Assembly (NCBI GenBank): GCA_963718965.1
Contig: CAVRBJ010000002.1
Span: 7,936-71,935, forward strand
Length of the DNA: 64,000 nucleotides
Direction of reading: 5' to 3'
Source: an uncultured delta proteobacterium
GTDB lineage: Bacteria; Desulfobacterota; WTBG01; CAIYCZ01; CAIRTM01
The position numbers were made by a program, and so were the translations under genes. Below, piece after piece: positions 49,266 to 58,709 of the stretch (position 1 is the first letter of the stretch; each line of letters opens with the position of its first letter). The notes beneath the pieces were generated by a model. It saw only the letters and a program-made list of their open reading frames with translations, did no database searches and was not told the DNA's origin.

Positions 49266-50651
49266 TTTTTTATTCCCATCATGCGTATGTTTTCAGCAGA
49301 CAGAAGGCTGTCGAGCTCCTGCTCGGACAGAAGATTATCGGCAAGAATCAGCTGCCGCAGGGGCTGCTTTGTTGCACAGGTGCTTCAGGTACAGCCTTGA
49401 TGCCGCTTCATGGCCGATAGACTGAGCAAGACAGGTCACCACAGCAATGGAATCGGAAAGGTGGGCAGCAATATTCTCGCGGTTCAGCTGCAGGCCCTCT
49501 ACCGCTTTTGTCCGCAGGCGGTTGACGGCAAGCTCAAGGCTGCGCATATTGTCGAGCATGAGCGTTGCCGCAAGGGGATAAAACTGGTTCAATTCCAGAT
49601 TCCCGAGCCCCGCGGCCTGGGCGATGACGCTGTCATTGCCCATAACCAGAAGCGCTGTCTGCGACACAAACTCAAGAATAACCGGGTTGACCTTGCCCGG
49701 CATGATGGATGAGCCCTCCTGCACAGCCGGCAGCACCACCTCGGCAAAACCGCCGGCCGGGCCCGATGACAGCAGGCGCAGGTCTTCTGATATTTTTAGA
49801 AGATTCACTGCGAGCGTTTTTAAAAGACCCGATACTTCAACAACGCTGTCAAGGTTCTGCGTGGCATCGACCATATTCTCGGCCCGCGTTACCTGCAGGC
49901 CGGTTACGGCCCGCAGCTTTTCAATGACGGCAAAGATATATTTCTGCGGAGCGCCGAAGCCCGTGCCGATGGCCGTGCCCCCGAGGTTCACAACCTTGAT
50001 GCGTTCGCGGGCTTTAAATATCCGCCAGCGGTCCCGCCCGATGGCTTCGGCATAGGCGGCAAACTGCATGCCCGCGGTCATGGGCAGGGCATCCTGCAGC
50101 TCGGTGCGCCCGAGGCGCACGACATCGGTAAACTCCAGCTCTTTCTCCTGCAACGCCTGCTGAAGGGCCACAAGGCCGGTCTCGATCCGTTCAAGATAGA
50201 TAAGCAGGGCAATACGCAAGGCTGTGGGATAGGTGTCATTGGTAGACTGATGCAGGTTGACATGCTCAAGAGGATGAATGAATCCGTAATCTCCTTTGGC
50301 CCTGCATGCCCGCTCCAGCGCATGGTTGGCAATCACTTCATTAACATTCATATTAAGCGACGTGCCCGCCCCGCCGCACAGGGGATTGACTATAAAATCG
50401 TCAAAAGCATTCCCGGCAAGCAGCCCCTCGATTGCCGCAATGATGTGGTCTGCCTTATCAGTATCGAGATACCCCAGCTCGCGGTTGGCAAGGGCTGCGG
50501 CTTTTTTAACCTGCAGATAAGCCTGCAGGAAAACCGGGTCGTGCCGCTGCCCTGAATCGCCGAAATTTTCGCGTGCCCGCTGCGTATGAATGCCAAAATA
50601 GCGGGCATCATCGATCTGCAAAGCACCCAGAAAATCATGTTCAGTGCGCAT
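49262..50651 (-). CDS. aspartate ammonia-lyase/fumarase class II family protein, one frame break near 49375
   Basis: ORF 49335..50651 has GAGTSLNMNVNEV, HQSTNDTYPTA and the signature GSSIMPGKVNPV. The hand-translated C-terminus ...ATKQPLRQLILADNLLSEQELDSLLSAENIRMMGIKK ends in ATGA, overlapping the hydF start. Confidence 0.85.
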
Positions 50652-50707
50652 GGTATGCCCTATATTTTTGTTTGAGTCTTAAGGGTATTGCGTTAGAATC
50701 ATCTATA

Positions 50708-50736
50708 ATATTAAGCCAATACGGCTTCCGAGTCAA
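50708..50736 (-). promoter_or_regulatory. putative sigma-70 promoter for the aspartase-like/hydF operon
   Basis: The minus strand reads TTGACT (50736-50731), a 17-nt spacer, then TAATAT (50713-50708). It lies ~57 nt upstream of the ATG at 50651. Confidence 0.4.
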
Positions 50737-50752
50737 GAAACAGGAGTTGTCC

Positions 50753-52421
50753 ATGGAAAATGCCGAAATCGGGCCTGCCCGGCACCGCCGGGTCAATCGA
50801 CCTAAAAAAACTCGGGCTTGACCACTACCCCAACATTGCGCTCACCCGCTTTCTCAATGTCGATTATGTGCATGCCAAAACCGGCGACGGCGGCGATATC
50901 TATGTGACCCGCCACGGCCTGCCGTTCATCGGCCACATGGAGCCGGAAAACTGGTATACCCCCACGTGGTTCAAGGCACACCGTGAAAAGCTGGCCGGCA
51001 CAAGCACCGTCTACAAGGTCACAACAAAACCCGTCGGCAGGGCAAATCGCTCGACATGGTCGTCAAGTGGTGCCGCATGGGGCAGGATGTGCCGCTGGAA
51101 ACAAAAATCATCGAGGACGTGCTGCGGGCCGAATTCAACAGCCCCTTCGAGGAATTCTCCCTGGTGGAGGAACTGCGCGCCAACAGCTATGGCCCGAGCG
51201 ACCTGAAAATAATGCTGCAGAAGCCCCTTGCCGTGTATGTGCCGCCAGAGCGGCTCCAGCTGTGGCAGACCGGCCGCTCCAAGGCCAAAATCATGAGCAA
51301 AATCGCCAAGCACCCCGGCATAGAAATAGACATCCTGCGGCAGTATATCCTTATCTACAAATGGGTGAGAGGGTTGAACGCCGTTGCTGCTTTCGAGCAG
51401 GCCGGCCTGCCCGATCAAAAACTGTCGGCATTCACGCAGCAGGTCATAAACGACCTGCGGCTCAAGGGCTACCGCGTGCTTGATCAAAAACCCGTTCACT
51501 TCATTATGCGCCCGCGGCCCGACGGCTCTATCATGCAAAGGCGCGACAGCCGCATGCCCTATGCCCTTGTTGATTTCGAGCTGCTTGAGCGCATGCCCGA
51601 GCATGAAGAGCAGGTGAAAGGCATCGCGCCGCGGCAGCTACCTTGTGAAGCAGCGCGACCGCTTCCGGGACGATGTGCCGAAAAAATGGCCGCAGCACCT
51701 GCGGCCCATGACGATCATGGGCGTGGACTATGTGTATGGATTAACCGAAAGCACAAACGGCCATCTCTGGGTTGCGGGGCATGACCCGGACCTGTTCGAC
51801 TATTTTCAGCCCGAGCGCTGGCGCAAGACCCCCCGCACCAGGCTTTCTCCCACGGACGACGTTTTTTACACCAAAACAAAAGATAATATTAACATCGTCT
51901 GGAAAGTATCAAAAGTGGGGGAACTGCCGGACGCAGCCGCTGGTCCCGGCGCAAGGATACAGGAGTGCGGCTATAACAGCCCCTTTGAGGAATTTTCCAT
52001 CGCCTTCGAACTCACGCGGCGCGGCATCGCTACCATCTACCCGCGCGCAATTTACAAAACGGGCCTCACTGCCGATACGGGCTGTATTGCCGACAAGCGC
52101 AGATATGGTCCGCATGCCGACATACTGACACCTGAAGGCATTCCCGTACTGGAGATGGATCATGACTATATTACGGTCTGGGGATTCTGGAACGGGCCCG
52201 ATGAATCGCTTGCGGAACACGATGGCGAATTCTATACCGGCATCAATGCAGCAAATGCCCTGCGCCGCGAAATCATTACCGGCCAGGAGTATGACCGCCT
52301 CATGCAGCGCCTGCAGCGCCTGCTTGCAGAAAATGGCATGAAAAACCTGAGCCTTAAAGGAAACCATGTGCTGCTGTCGCTCAATCCGCGGGGCGAGCTC
52401 ATGCGCGACCAGCGAAAATGA
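50753..52421 (+). CDS. hypothetical protein with two tandem ~270-aa protein-kinase-fold-like modules, two to three frame breaks (near 50760?, 51045, 51630)
   Basis: ORFs 50760..51206, 51056..51784 and 51645..52421 are collinear. Module 1: VDYVHAKTGDGGDIYVTRHG...PENW...VVKWCRMG...FNSPFEEFSLVEELR...LDQKPVHFIM...LVDFE. Module 2: VDYVYGLTESTNGHLWVAGHD...PERW...IVWKVSKVG...YNSPFEEFSIAFELTRRG...LKGNHVLLS. AGGAG lies 7 nt before the ATG at 50753. Confidence 0.6.
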
Positions 52422-52493
52422 GCTTGACATCCGGCTGTGCAATTTCGAGACCATGCAAAGGATTGCATGATGCCGAAATCTGAAGATGAAGCG

Positions 52494-52528
52494 AAAAAAA
52501 ACGCCGGGGCTGTATGCTCCGGCGTTTC
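52494..52528 (-). terminator. bidirectional-looking intrinsic terminator between convergent genes
   Basis: A8 run, then stem acgccggggc / gctccggcgt (one mismatch, 5-nt loop). On the minus strand the hairpin is followed by TTTTTTTT, 34 nt after the RRM-protein stop. Confidence 0.55.
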
Positions 52529-52561
52529 TGTATCTCTAATAAAATAAATCCGAGGGGAATG

Positions 52562-52879
52562 TTAATAACCGCCGCGGCTCTTGAATCCACCGCCGCCGCC
52601 AGGGCGCCTGCGGTCACCGCCGGGACGATCAGTTTGAGGACGGGCCTCATTGACCACAATACCCCGGCCATACAGTGGGGCATTATGCATTGTTCGTATT
52701 GCTTCCTGCGCGCCCGCTTCTGTTGCCATTTCAACAAACCCGAAACCCTTGGACTGACCCGTAAATTTGTCAAAAACAATATTGACCGAAACGACTTCTC
52801 CCGCTTCCGAAAAGCGTTTCTGCAGATCTTCCGTCGTTACTTTGTAGGACATATTGCCCACATACAGCTTTGTACCCAT
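52562..52879 (-). CDS. RNA-binding protein (single RRM domain with a Gly/Arg-rich tail)
   Basis: Intact 105-aa ORF with RNP-2 LYVGNM, RNP-1 KGFGFVEM and tail GGDRRRPGGGGGFKSRGGY. Confidence 0.9.
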   Translation of the reverse strand: MGTKLYVGNMSYKVTTEDLQKRFSEAGEVVSVNIVFDKFTGQSKGFGFVEMATEAGAQEAIRTMHNAPLYGRGIVVNEARPQTDRPGGDRRRPGGGGGFKSRGGY

Positions 52880-53288
52880 ACAACTCTCCTTTTCTGTGTT
52901 TACCGTTACCCGGAGGCTGCCGCCCTCTGGTGCGGTGACGCACCATTAACATTTTCCGGACATTATAAGAATGCTCAAGGGTGCTTCTCTGAGCGGAAGG
53001 TGCAATCCCGATCGATCTGGCTTGCTCGCAAAAAAACCCTTGAAGGTTTACTATTTTAAACCCGCAGGGCCATACCGTGATAAGGCGGACTTAAAATTAA
53101 AAAAAATAAAAAGTGTTATTTTTAACACTTTTACACAAATGCAAAAATCTGTCAATCTAAAACAGTGCGAAAGCAGACTGGAAACTGGTCTGCCCCGAAT
53201 CCGTAGAGGCAACCGCCAGTCGCACCTACCCTGAAAGGGCGCGGGCACCACGCCCCTACGATACAAAATCATGCTGCAGGCACGGCTG

Positions 53289-53826
53289 TCAGACCCTCAC
53301 AACAAAACTGCCTGCCATCTTGTCATGCCAGCCCTGCTTGCGGCCGTCAAAGGCAATCCAGACAAAGCCAAGCCCCGCACAACAGCAGGCTGATGAACGA
53401 GCCGAAATATCGCACCGTGGCCCGCCCAAAGCCGATAGTGTCTCCATCGCGTTTAACCACCTTGAGGCCCAGAGCAAGCTTGCCAACGGTCTGCCCCGTC
53501 AGCGCATGAAAATAGATGAAGTAAAATGCTTTGATAAGCGTGTTTGCCACAAGCTGGGGAATCAGCAGCGCTTTGACGGGGTCTTCGATTTCAGGTGATA
53601 TATACCGTACTATGACAATGCCTGCGCCATAGACAAGCATTGAGGCAAAACCGAGCACGATACCGTCGAGCATACAAGCCCAGAAACGGCGCCAGAAGCC
53701 GCCATACCGGGCAGGAGCGGCAGCCCCTGCCGGAGGGGCAGCGGCCCGAACCTCAAGAGATGCGCCACAGTGAAAGCACAACACATCATGCTCAGCATTT
53801 AAACCTCCACAGCGTTGACAGCGCAT
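53289..53826 (-). CDS. RDD family membrane protein with an N-terminal zinc ribbon, one frame break near 53385
   Basis: MRCQRCGG...CFHCG ribbon, then YGGFWRRFWACMLDGIVL (RDD-type) in ORF 53347..53826. The tail GLGFVWIAFDGRKQGWHDKMAGSFVVRV is in ORF 53289..53486. Confidence 0.75.
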
Positions 53827-53841
53827 ACTCCGAAATCCTTC

Positions 53842-54582
53842 CTATCCGATTGTGCCTGTTTCATAACCAATGATTGCAAGCACGGCAAGGGGCACTGTCT
53901 CGGCTCGCAGTATTGTTGTGCCGAGCCCGGCTGCAATAAACCCATGCCTGCGGGCAAGTTCAGCCTCGGCATCAGAAAATCCGCCCTCAGGCCCCACAAC
54001 AAAAACAATGCCGTGCAAAAGGCCTGTGCGCGGCAAGCAGACTGCCGAAGCCCACGGCCTTTTCCTGTTCCCACAGCAATACTTTTAAAAAACCGTCAAA
54101 AGGGCCGGCCAGAGCTTCTTCGAAATCACCTGCCTGATCGACCACCGGCACCCGGCGCACACCCGACTGCTTGACAGCCGATATGGCAATCTGCTGCCAG
54201 TGATGCTGCTTGTGCGCAGCTTTGTCCCTGTCCCAGCGGGTAATGCAGCGCGATGAAAAAAAAGGTATGATGCGTGAAACGCCCAAGCTCCGTGCTTTTT
54301 TGTACGATCAAGTCCATCTTCTGTGACTTGAGCACCGCCTGAACAAGCACGACCTGGGGCGCGTCAGGGCTTTCGGCAGCAAAAGTTTCGGTAATCCGAA
54401 CAGTAACGGCATCGGCAGTACGCTCTGCAATCCTGCCGCTGTAGGCAGCACCCGTTGCATCAAACAGCACTATTTCGTCATCGCGCTTCAACCGCAGCAC
54501 CCGGACTATATGCCGCGCTTCATCACCGGTCAATGTCACAGTCGCGGGATACTGGGGGACTCTCCAAGTAAAAACGACGCAT
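53842..54582 (-). CDS. rsmE: 16S rRNA (uracil1498-N3)-methyltransferase, at least three frame breaks (near 54540, 54280, 54035)
   Basis: Hand-translated start MRRFYLESPP. Then LTGDEARHIVRVLRLKRDDEIVLFDATG (ORF 54126..54539), RIIPFFSSRCITRWD...AISAVKQSG (ORF 53987..54286), and VVGPEGGFSDAE...LGTTILRAETV (ORF 53842..54036). Confidence 0.8.
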
Positions 54583-54596
54583 GGTGTCCTTTCAGG

Positions 54597-54673
54597 CGAA
54601 GGCTATAAGGCTATAGACTGTAGGCTGTTAGGTTATTGTAGCCTAAACTCCTACAGCCTAAACACCTACAGTC
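54597..54673. repeat. heptanucleotide-periodic palindromic repeat (TAGGCTR type)
   Basis: The left arm aggctat aaggcta tagactg taggctg ttaggtt faces the inverted right arm gcctaaa ctcctac agcctaa acaccta cagtc. It lies in the rsmE-purD divergent gap. Confidence 0.6.
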
Positions 54674-54792
54674 CCCTCGATTACTTTCGACCTTTACATA
54701 GCATAGTTTTAGTGATAAAAAAACTTCTCTTAAGCAGGAACACAAACTATCCGGAATATCTCATCAATTCAATTTTTTGCAGGAGTGAAGCC

Positions 54793-56064
54793 ATGAAGGT
54801 TCTGGTTGTCGGCGGCGGCGGGAGAGAGCATGCCCTTGTCTGGAAAATAGCTCAAAGCCCGAAGGTGACACAAATCTACTGCGCGCCGGGCAATGCGGGC
54901 ATAGCAGGCAGTGCAACCTGCGTCAATATCTCCGCAGACGACATCGACGGGCTGAAAAAATTCGCCATCGATAACGGCATAGGCCTGACCGTGGTAGGCC
55001 CCGAGATGCCCCTCACCCTGGGCATAGTCGACAGTTTCGAAAAAGACGGCCTGCGCATATTCGGCCCCAATGCCGCAGCTGCCCGCCTTGAGGGAAGCAA
55101 AAAATTTGCAAAAGAAATCATGCGGGAAGCCGGCATACCCACGGCGGACTTTGCCGTATTTACCACTGCAGAAGCTGCAAAAAAATATATCCATGAAAAG
55201 CAGCAGCCCCTGGTGGTGAAGGCCGACGGCCTTGCCGCAGGCAAGGGCGTATTCCCCTGCCGGACAGCTGCGGAAGCCGCAGCTGCCGTTGACCGCATCA
55301 TTACGCAAAAAGAATTCGGCGATGCGGGAACGGTTATCGTTATTGAGGAATTTCTCGAAGGAGAAGAGGCCTCATTTATCTGCTTTACCGACGGCACAAC
55401 CATCGTGCCGCTGCCCTCATCGCAGGACCACAAGCGCATCTTCGACAATGATGCAGGGCCCAACACGGGCGGCATGGGCGCCTACTCGCCGGCCCCGGTA
55501 GTAACACCTGAGGTACATGAACGAACCATGGAAACGGTTATGAAACCCCTTATGGCTGCATTTGCTGCAAAGGGCATTCCCTTCAAAGGCATTGTCTATG
55601 CCGGGCTGATGATCAAAAACGGCATACCCCGCGTGCTTGAATTCAACATGCGCATGGGAGATCCTGAAACCCAGCCCATTCTGTTCAGGCTCACAAGCGA
55701 CCTGGTGGAGCTCATGGAGGCCGCAATCGACGGCAGGCTTGCGCAGATAGATGTGCAGTGTGATACCCGGCCCGCGGTCTGTGTGGTCATGGCGGCAGGC
55801 GGCTATCCGGATGCCTATACAAAAGGACATCCCATACGTGGTCTTGAGGATGCAGCCCGCGTGCCGGACACCTTCGTTTTCCATGCAGGCACTGCCCTCA
55901 AAGACGGCGCTATTGTAACCAGCGGCGGCCGCGTGCTCGGCGTAACAGCCCGGGGCGCTACCATTCAGGATGCCGTTGATGCCGCCTACTGTGCAGCTGA
56001 GCGCATCAGCTGGGACGGCGTCCAGTACCGAAAAGACATTGCACGGAAAGCGTTCGGCAGATGA
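54793..56064 (+). CDS. purD: phosphoribosylamine--glycine ligase
   Basis: AGGAG precedes the ATG at 54793. Motifs: MKVLVVGGGGREHALVWKIAQSPKV, ATP-grasp LVVKADGLAAGKGV, EFNMRMGDPETQ. Confidence 0.93.
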   Translation: MKVLVVGGGGREHALVWKIAQSPKVTQIYCAPGNAGIAGSATCVNISADDIDGLKKFAIDNGIGLTVVGPEMPLTLGIVDSFEKDGLRIFGPNAAAARLEGSKKFAKEIMREAGIPTADFAVFTTAEAAKKYIHEKQQPLVVKADGLAAGKGVFPCRTAAEAAAAVDRIITQKEFGDAGTVIVIEEFLEGEEASFICFTDGTTIVPLPSSQDHKRIFDNDAGPNTGGMGAYSPAPVVTPEVHERTMETVMKPLMAAFAAKGIPFKGIVYAGLMIKNGIPRVLEFNMRMGDPETQPILFRLTSDLVELMEAAIDGRLAQIDVQCDTRPAVCVVMAAGGYPDAYTKGHPIRGLEDAARVPDTFVFHAGTALKDGAIVTSGGRVLGVTARGATIQDAVDAAYCAAERISWDGVQYRKDIARKAFGR

Positions 56065-56112
56065 AAACAGCAATGGCTTGAACAGCGAAAAGATATTTTT
56101 GTCCGCAACCTG

Positions 56113-56838
56113 GTGCAGGATTTTTTTACTGCAAAACACTATTTTGACGGCGTGCGGGAGCAGTATAAAAAAAAGGGCTCCCTGCCCTACAGCATGCTTG
56201 ATGTCTGGGTCGGCACGGAAACAGACAAGGGCCCACTGTGGAATCTCAAGGAGCAGAGCCACCGCCTCTACCGCAAAAACCGCCCGGCAATAAGCTTATA
56301 TGAAAATCTTTTTGACTGGGTAGTCGGATCGATTTTTCACGAATCCATGAAGCTGAAGGAAGACATCTATCAGATAGAGTCCTACAAGCCCCTTCTGGAA
56401 CTGGGCCTGAGCGACACGACGGCGCATCAGGAACTTGCCAAAATAATCCAGGAGTATTACGCCCTTATCGACCGCGCCAGCTGCAGCCTCAAGGAGGAAA
56501 TTGAAAGCATCGATGAACTGTTCACCAAAGGGCTTCTGCATCTGCGCGCCATGATCGTTGCTTATAAAAACAACGCCCTGCTGCTGCGGTTTTTAATCGA
56601 TAATAAAAAGACCGCTGAAACAATGTTCGGCCAGGGCGCACTGCACCAGATACTGCAGGAGATGTTTCCGGCAGGCACGCACGAAGCCTATATTCTCATG
56701 TCCGAAAGCTGCATGCAGAACGGCTGGTACACCCAGGCTCAGAAATATCTCAAAACCGCAATGAAAACCGGGGCCGCACACAAAGGGCTCCAGGAACATT
56801 TGACGGCAAAACTCGGACTCATCTCTGGAAAGGAGTAA
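56113..56838 (+). CDS. hypothetical protein (predicted all-helical), wedged between purD and purE
   Basis: Intact 241-aa ORF from the GTG at 56113, in the same frame as purD. The frame stays open back to the purD stop with no ATG. Its stop is 4 nt before the purE ATG and the purE RBS lies inside it. I recognise no motif. Confidence 0.55.
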   Translation: MQDFFTAKHYFDGVREQYKKKGSLPYSMLDVWVGTETDKGPLWNLKEQSHRLYRKNRPAISLYENLFDWVVGSIFHESMKLKEDIYQIESYKPLLELGLSDTTAHQELAKIIQEYYALIDRASCSLKEEIESIDELFTKGLLHLRAMIVAYKNNALLLRFLIDNKKTAETMFGQGALHQILQEMFPAGTHEAYILMSESCMQNGWYTQAQKYLKTAMKTGAAHKGLQEHLTAKLGLISGKE

Positions 56839-56842
56839 GCGT

Positions 56843-57353
56843 ATGCAGACACCACTGGTTGGCGTCATCATGGGGAGCGACTCTGACCTGCCTCTCATGC
56901 AGGAAGCGCTCAAAATACTTGATTCGTTTGCCATTGCCTATGAGGTGCATATATCATCGGCCCACCGCACGCCGGCGCGCACAGCGCAATTCTGCAAAAA
57001 CCGCCCGTGACCGCGGCCTTGAAGTTATCATTGCGGGAGCCGGCTGGGCAGCCCATCTTGCCGGCGTTATTGCCGCGGAAACAACCCTGCCGGTCATAGG
57101 CGTGCCCATCGACTCATCATCGCTCAACGGCCTTGACGCGCTGCTGTCCATGGTGCAGATGCCGGGCGGCATACCGGTTGCCACCATGACCATCGGCAAG
57201 GCCGGCGCTAAAAATGCCGCTCTTTTTGCCGTTCAGATACTGGCCCTGAAATATCCCGAGCTCCAGCAGAAGCTCCTCGCGTATAAACAGGCAATGGCCG
57301 CAGAGGTGGAAGCAAAAGATGACGCCCTGCAGCAGAAGCTCAATGCAAAATAG
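56843..57353 (+). CDS. purE: 5-(carboxyamino)imidazole ribonucleotide mutase, one frame break near 56990
   Basis: Hand-translated [44 protein letters not shown] joins ORF 56859..57353 ([28 protein letters not shown]...[10 protein letters not shown]). Confidence 0.9.
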
Positions 57354-57417
57354 CTTTTTTGATGCGGCGTGCCGGCTTATCACATGGAGCAGACTGCAAT
57401 TGAAAACTACAGGGTTG

Positions 57418-57559
57418 GGATTCAGAATTCAGGAGTCAGAAGCCAGTATTAAAAATACAGCGGTAAAATTTCAGGATATGATTGTCTGGAAGATAAGTAA
57501 ATCACTTAAAGCCTATTTTTCTTCTATTCTGAATTCTGACTACTGAATTCTGGCTTCTT
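57418..57559. repeat. heptamer-array hairpin element
   Basis: Left array attcaga attcagg agtcaga agccagt (57420-57447). A ~70-nt spacer reads KFQDMIVWKISKSLKAYF. The right inverted array 57520-57559 is 40/40 identical to 34756-34795. Confidence 0.7.
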
Positions 57560-57633
57560 TTCTAAGGCACCATAACCATACATAAAGACTACTAGAAATA
57601 CCTTCTGATATTGTTATAGAACCAAATTACTGT

Positions 57634-58257
57634 ATGCCCCGCATATTTACCCTCAACCCCCAAGCACCCGATGACGCTGCGCTGCATGAAGCAGCAGTCA
57701 TTATCCGCCGTGGCGGCATAGCCGTCTACCCGACAGAAACATTTTACGGGCTTGGCGTGCTGTTCAACAATGAACAGGCACTTGAACGGCTGTTTGCAGC
57801 CAAGGGGCGGCGCGAAACAAAGCCGGTACTGCTGCTCATAGAAAACAGCCGGGCGCTGGACAGGTTGACTCCCGAGATTATTCCGGAAGCACTCGCCCTG
57901 GCAGAGCGCTGGTGGCCAGGCCCCCTGACCCTGCTGTTCAAAGCCCTGCCGAACCTCTCGCCGTATCTCACCGGAGATGAAGGCAAAATCGGCTGCCGCA
58001 TTTCAGGCGATCCTATTGCACGGCGCCTGGTCGAGCTTGCAGGCGCGCCCATTACCTCCACGAGCGCCAACCTCGCAGGCGGCCCGAGCGCTGCCTGCAT
58101 TGCAGATATACCCGATGAGCTTCTTGACAGGGTTGATGTGATAATCGACGCGGGGGCAACTCCCGGCGGGCTTGCCTCAACCGTGCTGGATGTTTCTGCT
58201 CTGCCCTTCACCGTCGCGCGTGAAGGCGCGCTGCCGGTAAGGCATCTATTGCCGTAG
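57634..58257 (+). CDS. tsaC: L-threonylcarbamoyladenylate synthase (TsaC/YrdC/Sua5 domain)
   Basis: Intact 207-aa ORF with IAVYPTETFYGLG, KGRRETKPVLLLI and SANLAGGPS. Confidence 0.88.
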   Translation: MPRIFTLNPQAPDDAALHEAAVIIRRGGIAVYPTETFYGLGVLFNNEQALERLFAAKGRRETKPVLLLIENSRALDRLTPEIIPEALALAERWWPGPLTLLFKALPNLSPYLTGDEGKIGCRISGDPIARRLVELAGAPITSTSANLAGGPSAACIADIPDELLDRVDVIIDAGATPGGLASTVLDVSALPFTVAREGALPVRHLLP

Positions 58258-58472
58258 AAACACCGCACATCTGCCACAGTCGGTATGCCCCACGAATGAC
58301 GTTTTCCCGTTTGCTTTCTCCGAAAAAACTGTCTGCAAACAGATATCCCATTTTTTCCGCCCTGCACAATATGATACATGAGAGCTTTTTTTTTACTTGA
58401 GAGAGTTGTTGTATTCCGTCATCTCTTCGACCCCTTTGGCTTCGCTCAGGGCAGGCTCCGGGAGAGATCTGT

Positions 58473-58507
58473 GCCTCCGAGCAGGGCTCAAAATTTTGAG
58501 CCCCTAC
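58473..58507. repeat. palindrome-containing repeat, copy 1
   Basis: gcctccgagcagGGGCTCAAAATTTTGAGCCCctac contains a perfect 20-bp palindrome. It is repeated with 2 mismatches at 58657-58692. Confidence 0.65.
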
Positions 58508-58563
58508 GAAAGTAACGCCGAAATGACTGACTGGCTAAACTATCTAAAAAATACTATAAACCG

Positions 58564-58600
58564 AAAAAAGGGCCGGGTATCATTGCTGATCCCCGGCCCC
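58564..58600 (-). terminator. intrinsic terminator downstream of the DRTGG/ACS operon
   Basis: The minus strand has stem GGGCCGGG / CCCGGCCC (14-nt loop) followed by TTTTTT. It starts ~110 nt after the 58710 stop. Confidence 0.5.
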
Positions 58601-58656
58601 TGATGGCCTGATGCCGCGTCCGTAGCGTCGTGTACAACAAGATGATGGTCCCAACA

Positions 58657-58692
58657 GCCTCCGAACAGGTGCTCAAAATTTTGAGCCCCTAC
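58657..58692. repeat. palindrome-containing repeat, copy 2
   Basis: gcctccgaacaggtGCTCAAAATTTTGAGCccctac; see copy 1. The two copies bracket the terminator hairpin. Confidence 0.65.
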
Positions 58693-58709
58693 TTTTACTT
58701 GTCTGCGGT

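Noticed and set aside
53150-53260. tmRNA- or 6S-like RNA, prompted by a GGATTCGGGG string resembling the tmRNA 5' GGATTCGACGGGG motif.
   Set aside because: The ORF-free segment is only ~170 nt. There is no tag-peptide reading frame, no tRNA-like 3' end (TTCGA loop plus CCA) and no 6S-type central bubble. It is kept only as a low-interest structured segment.
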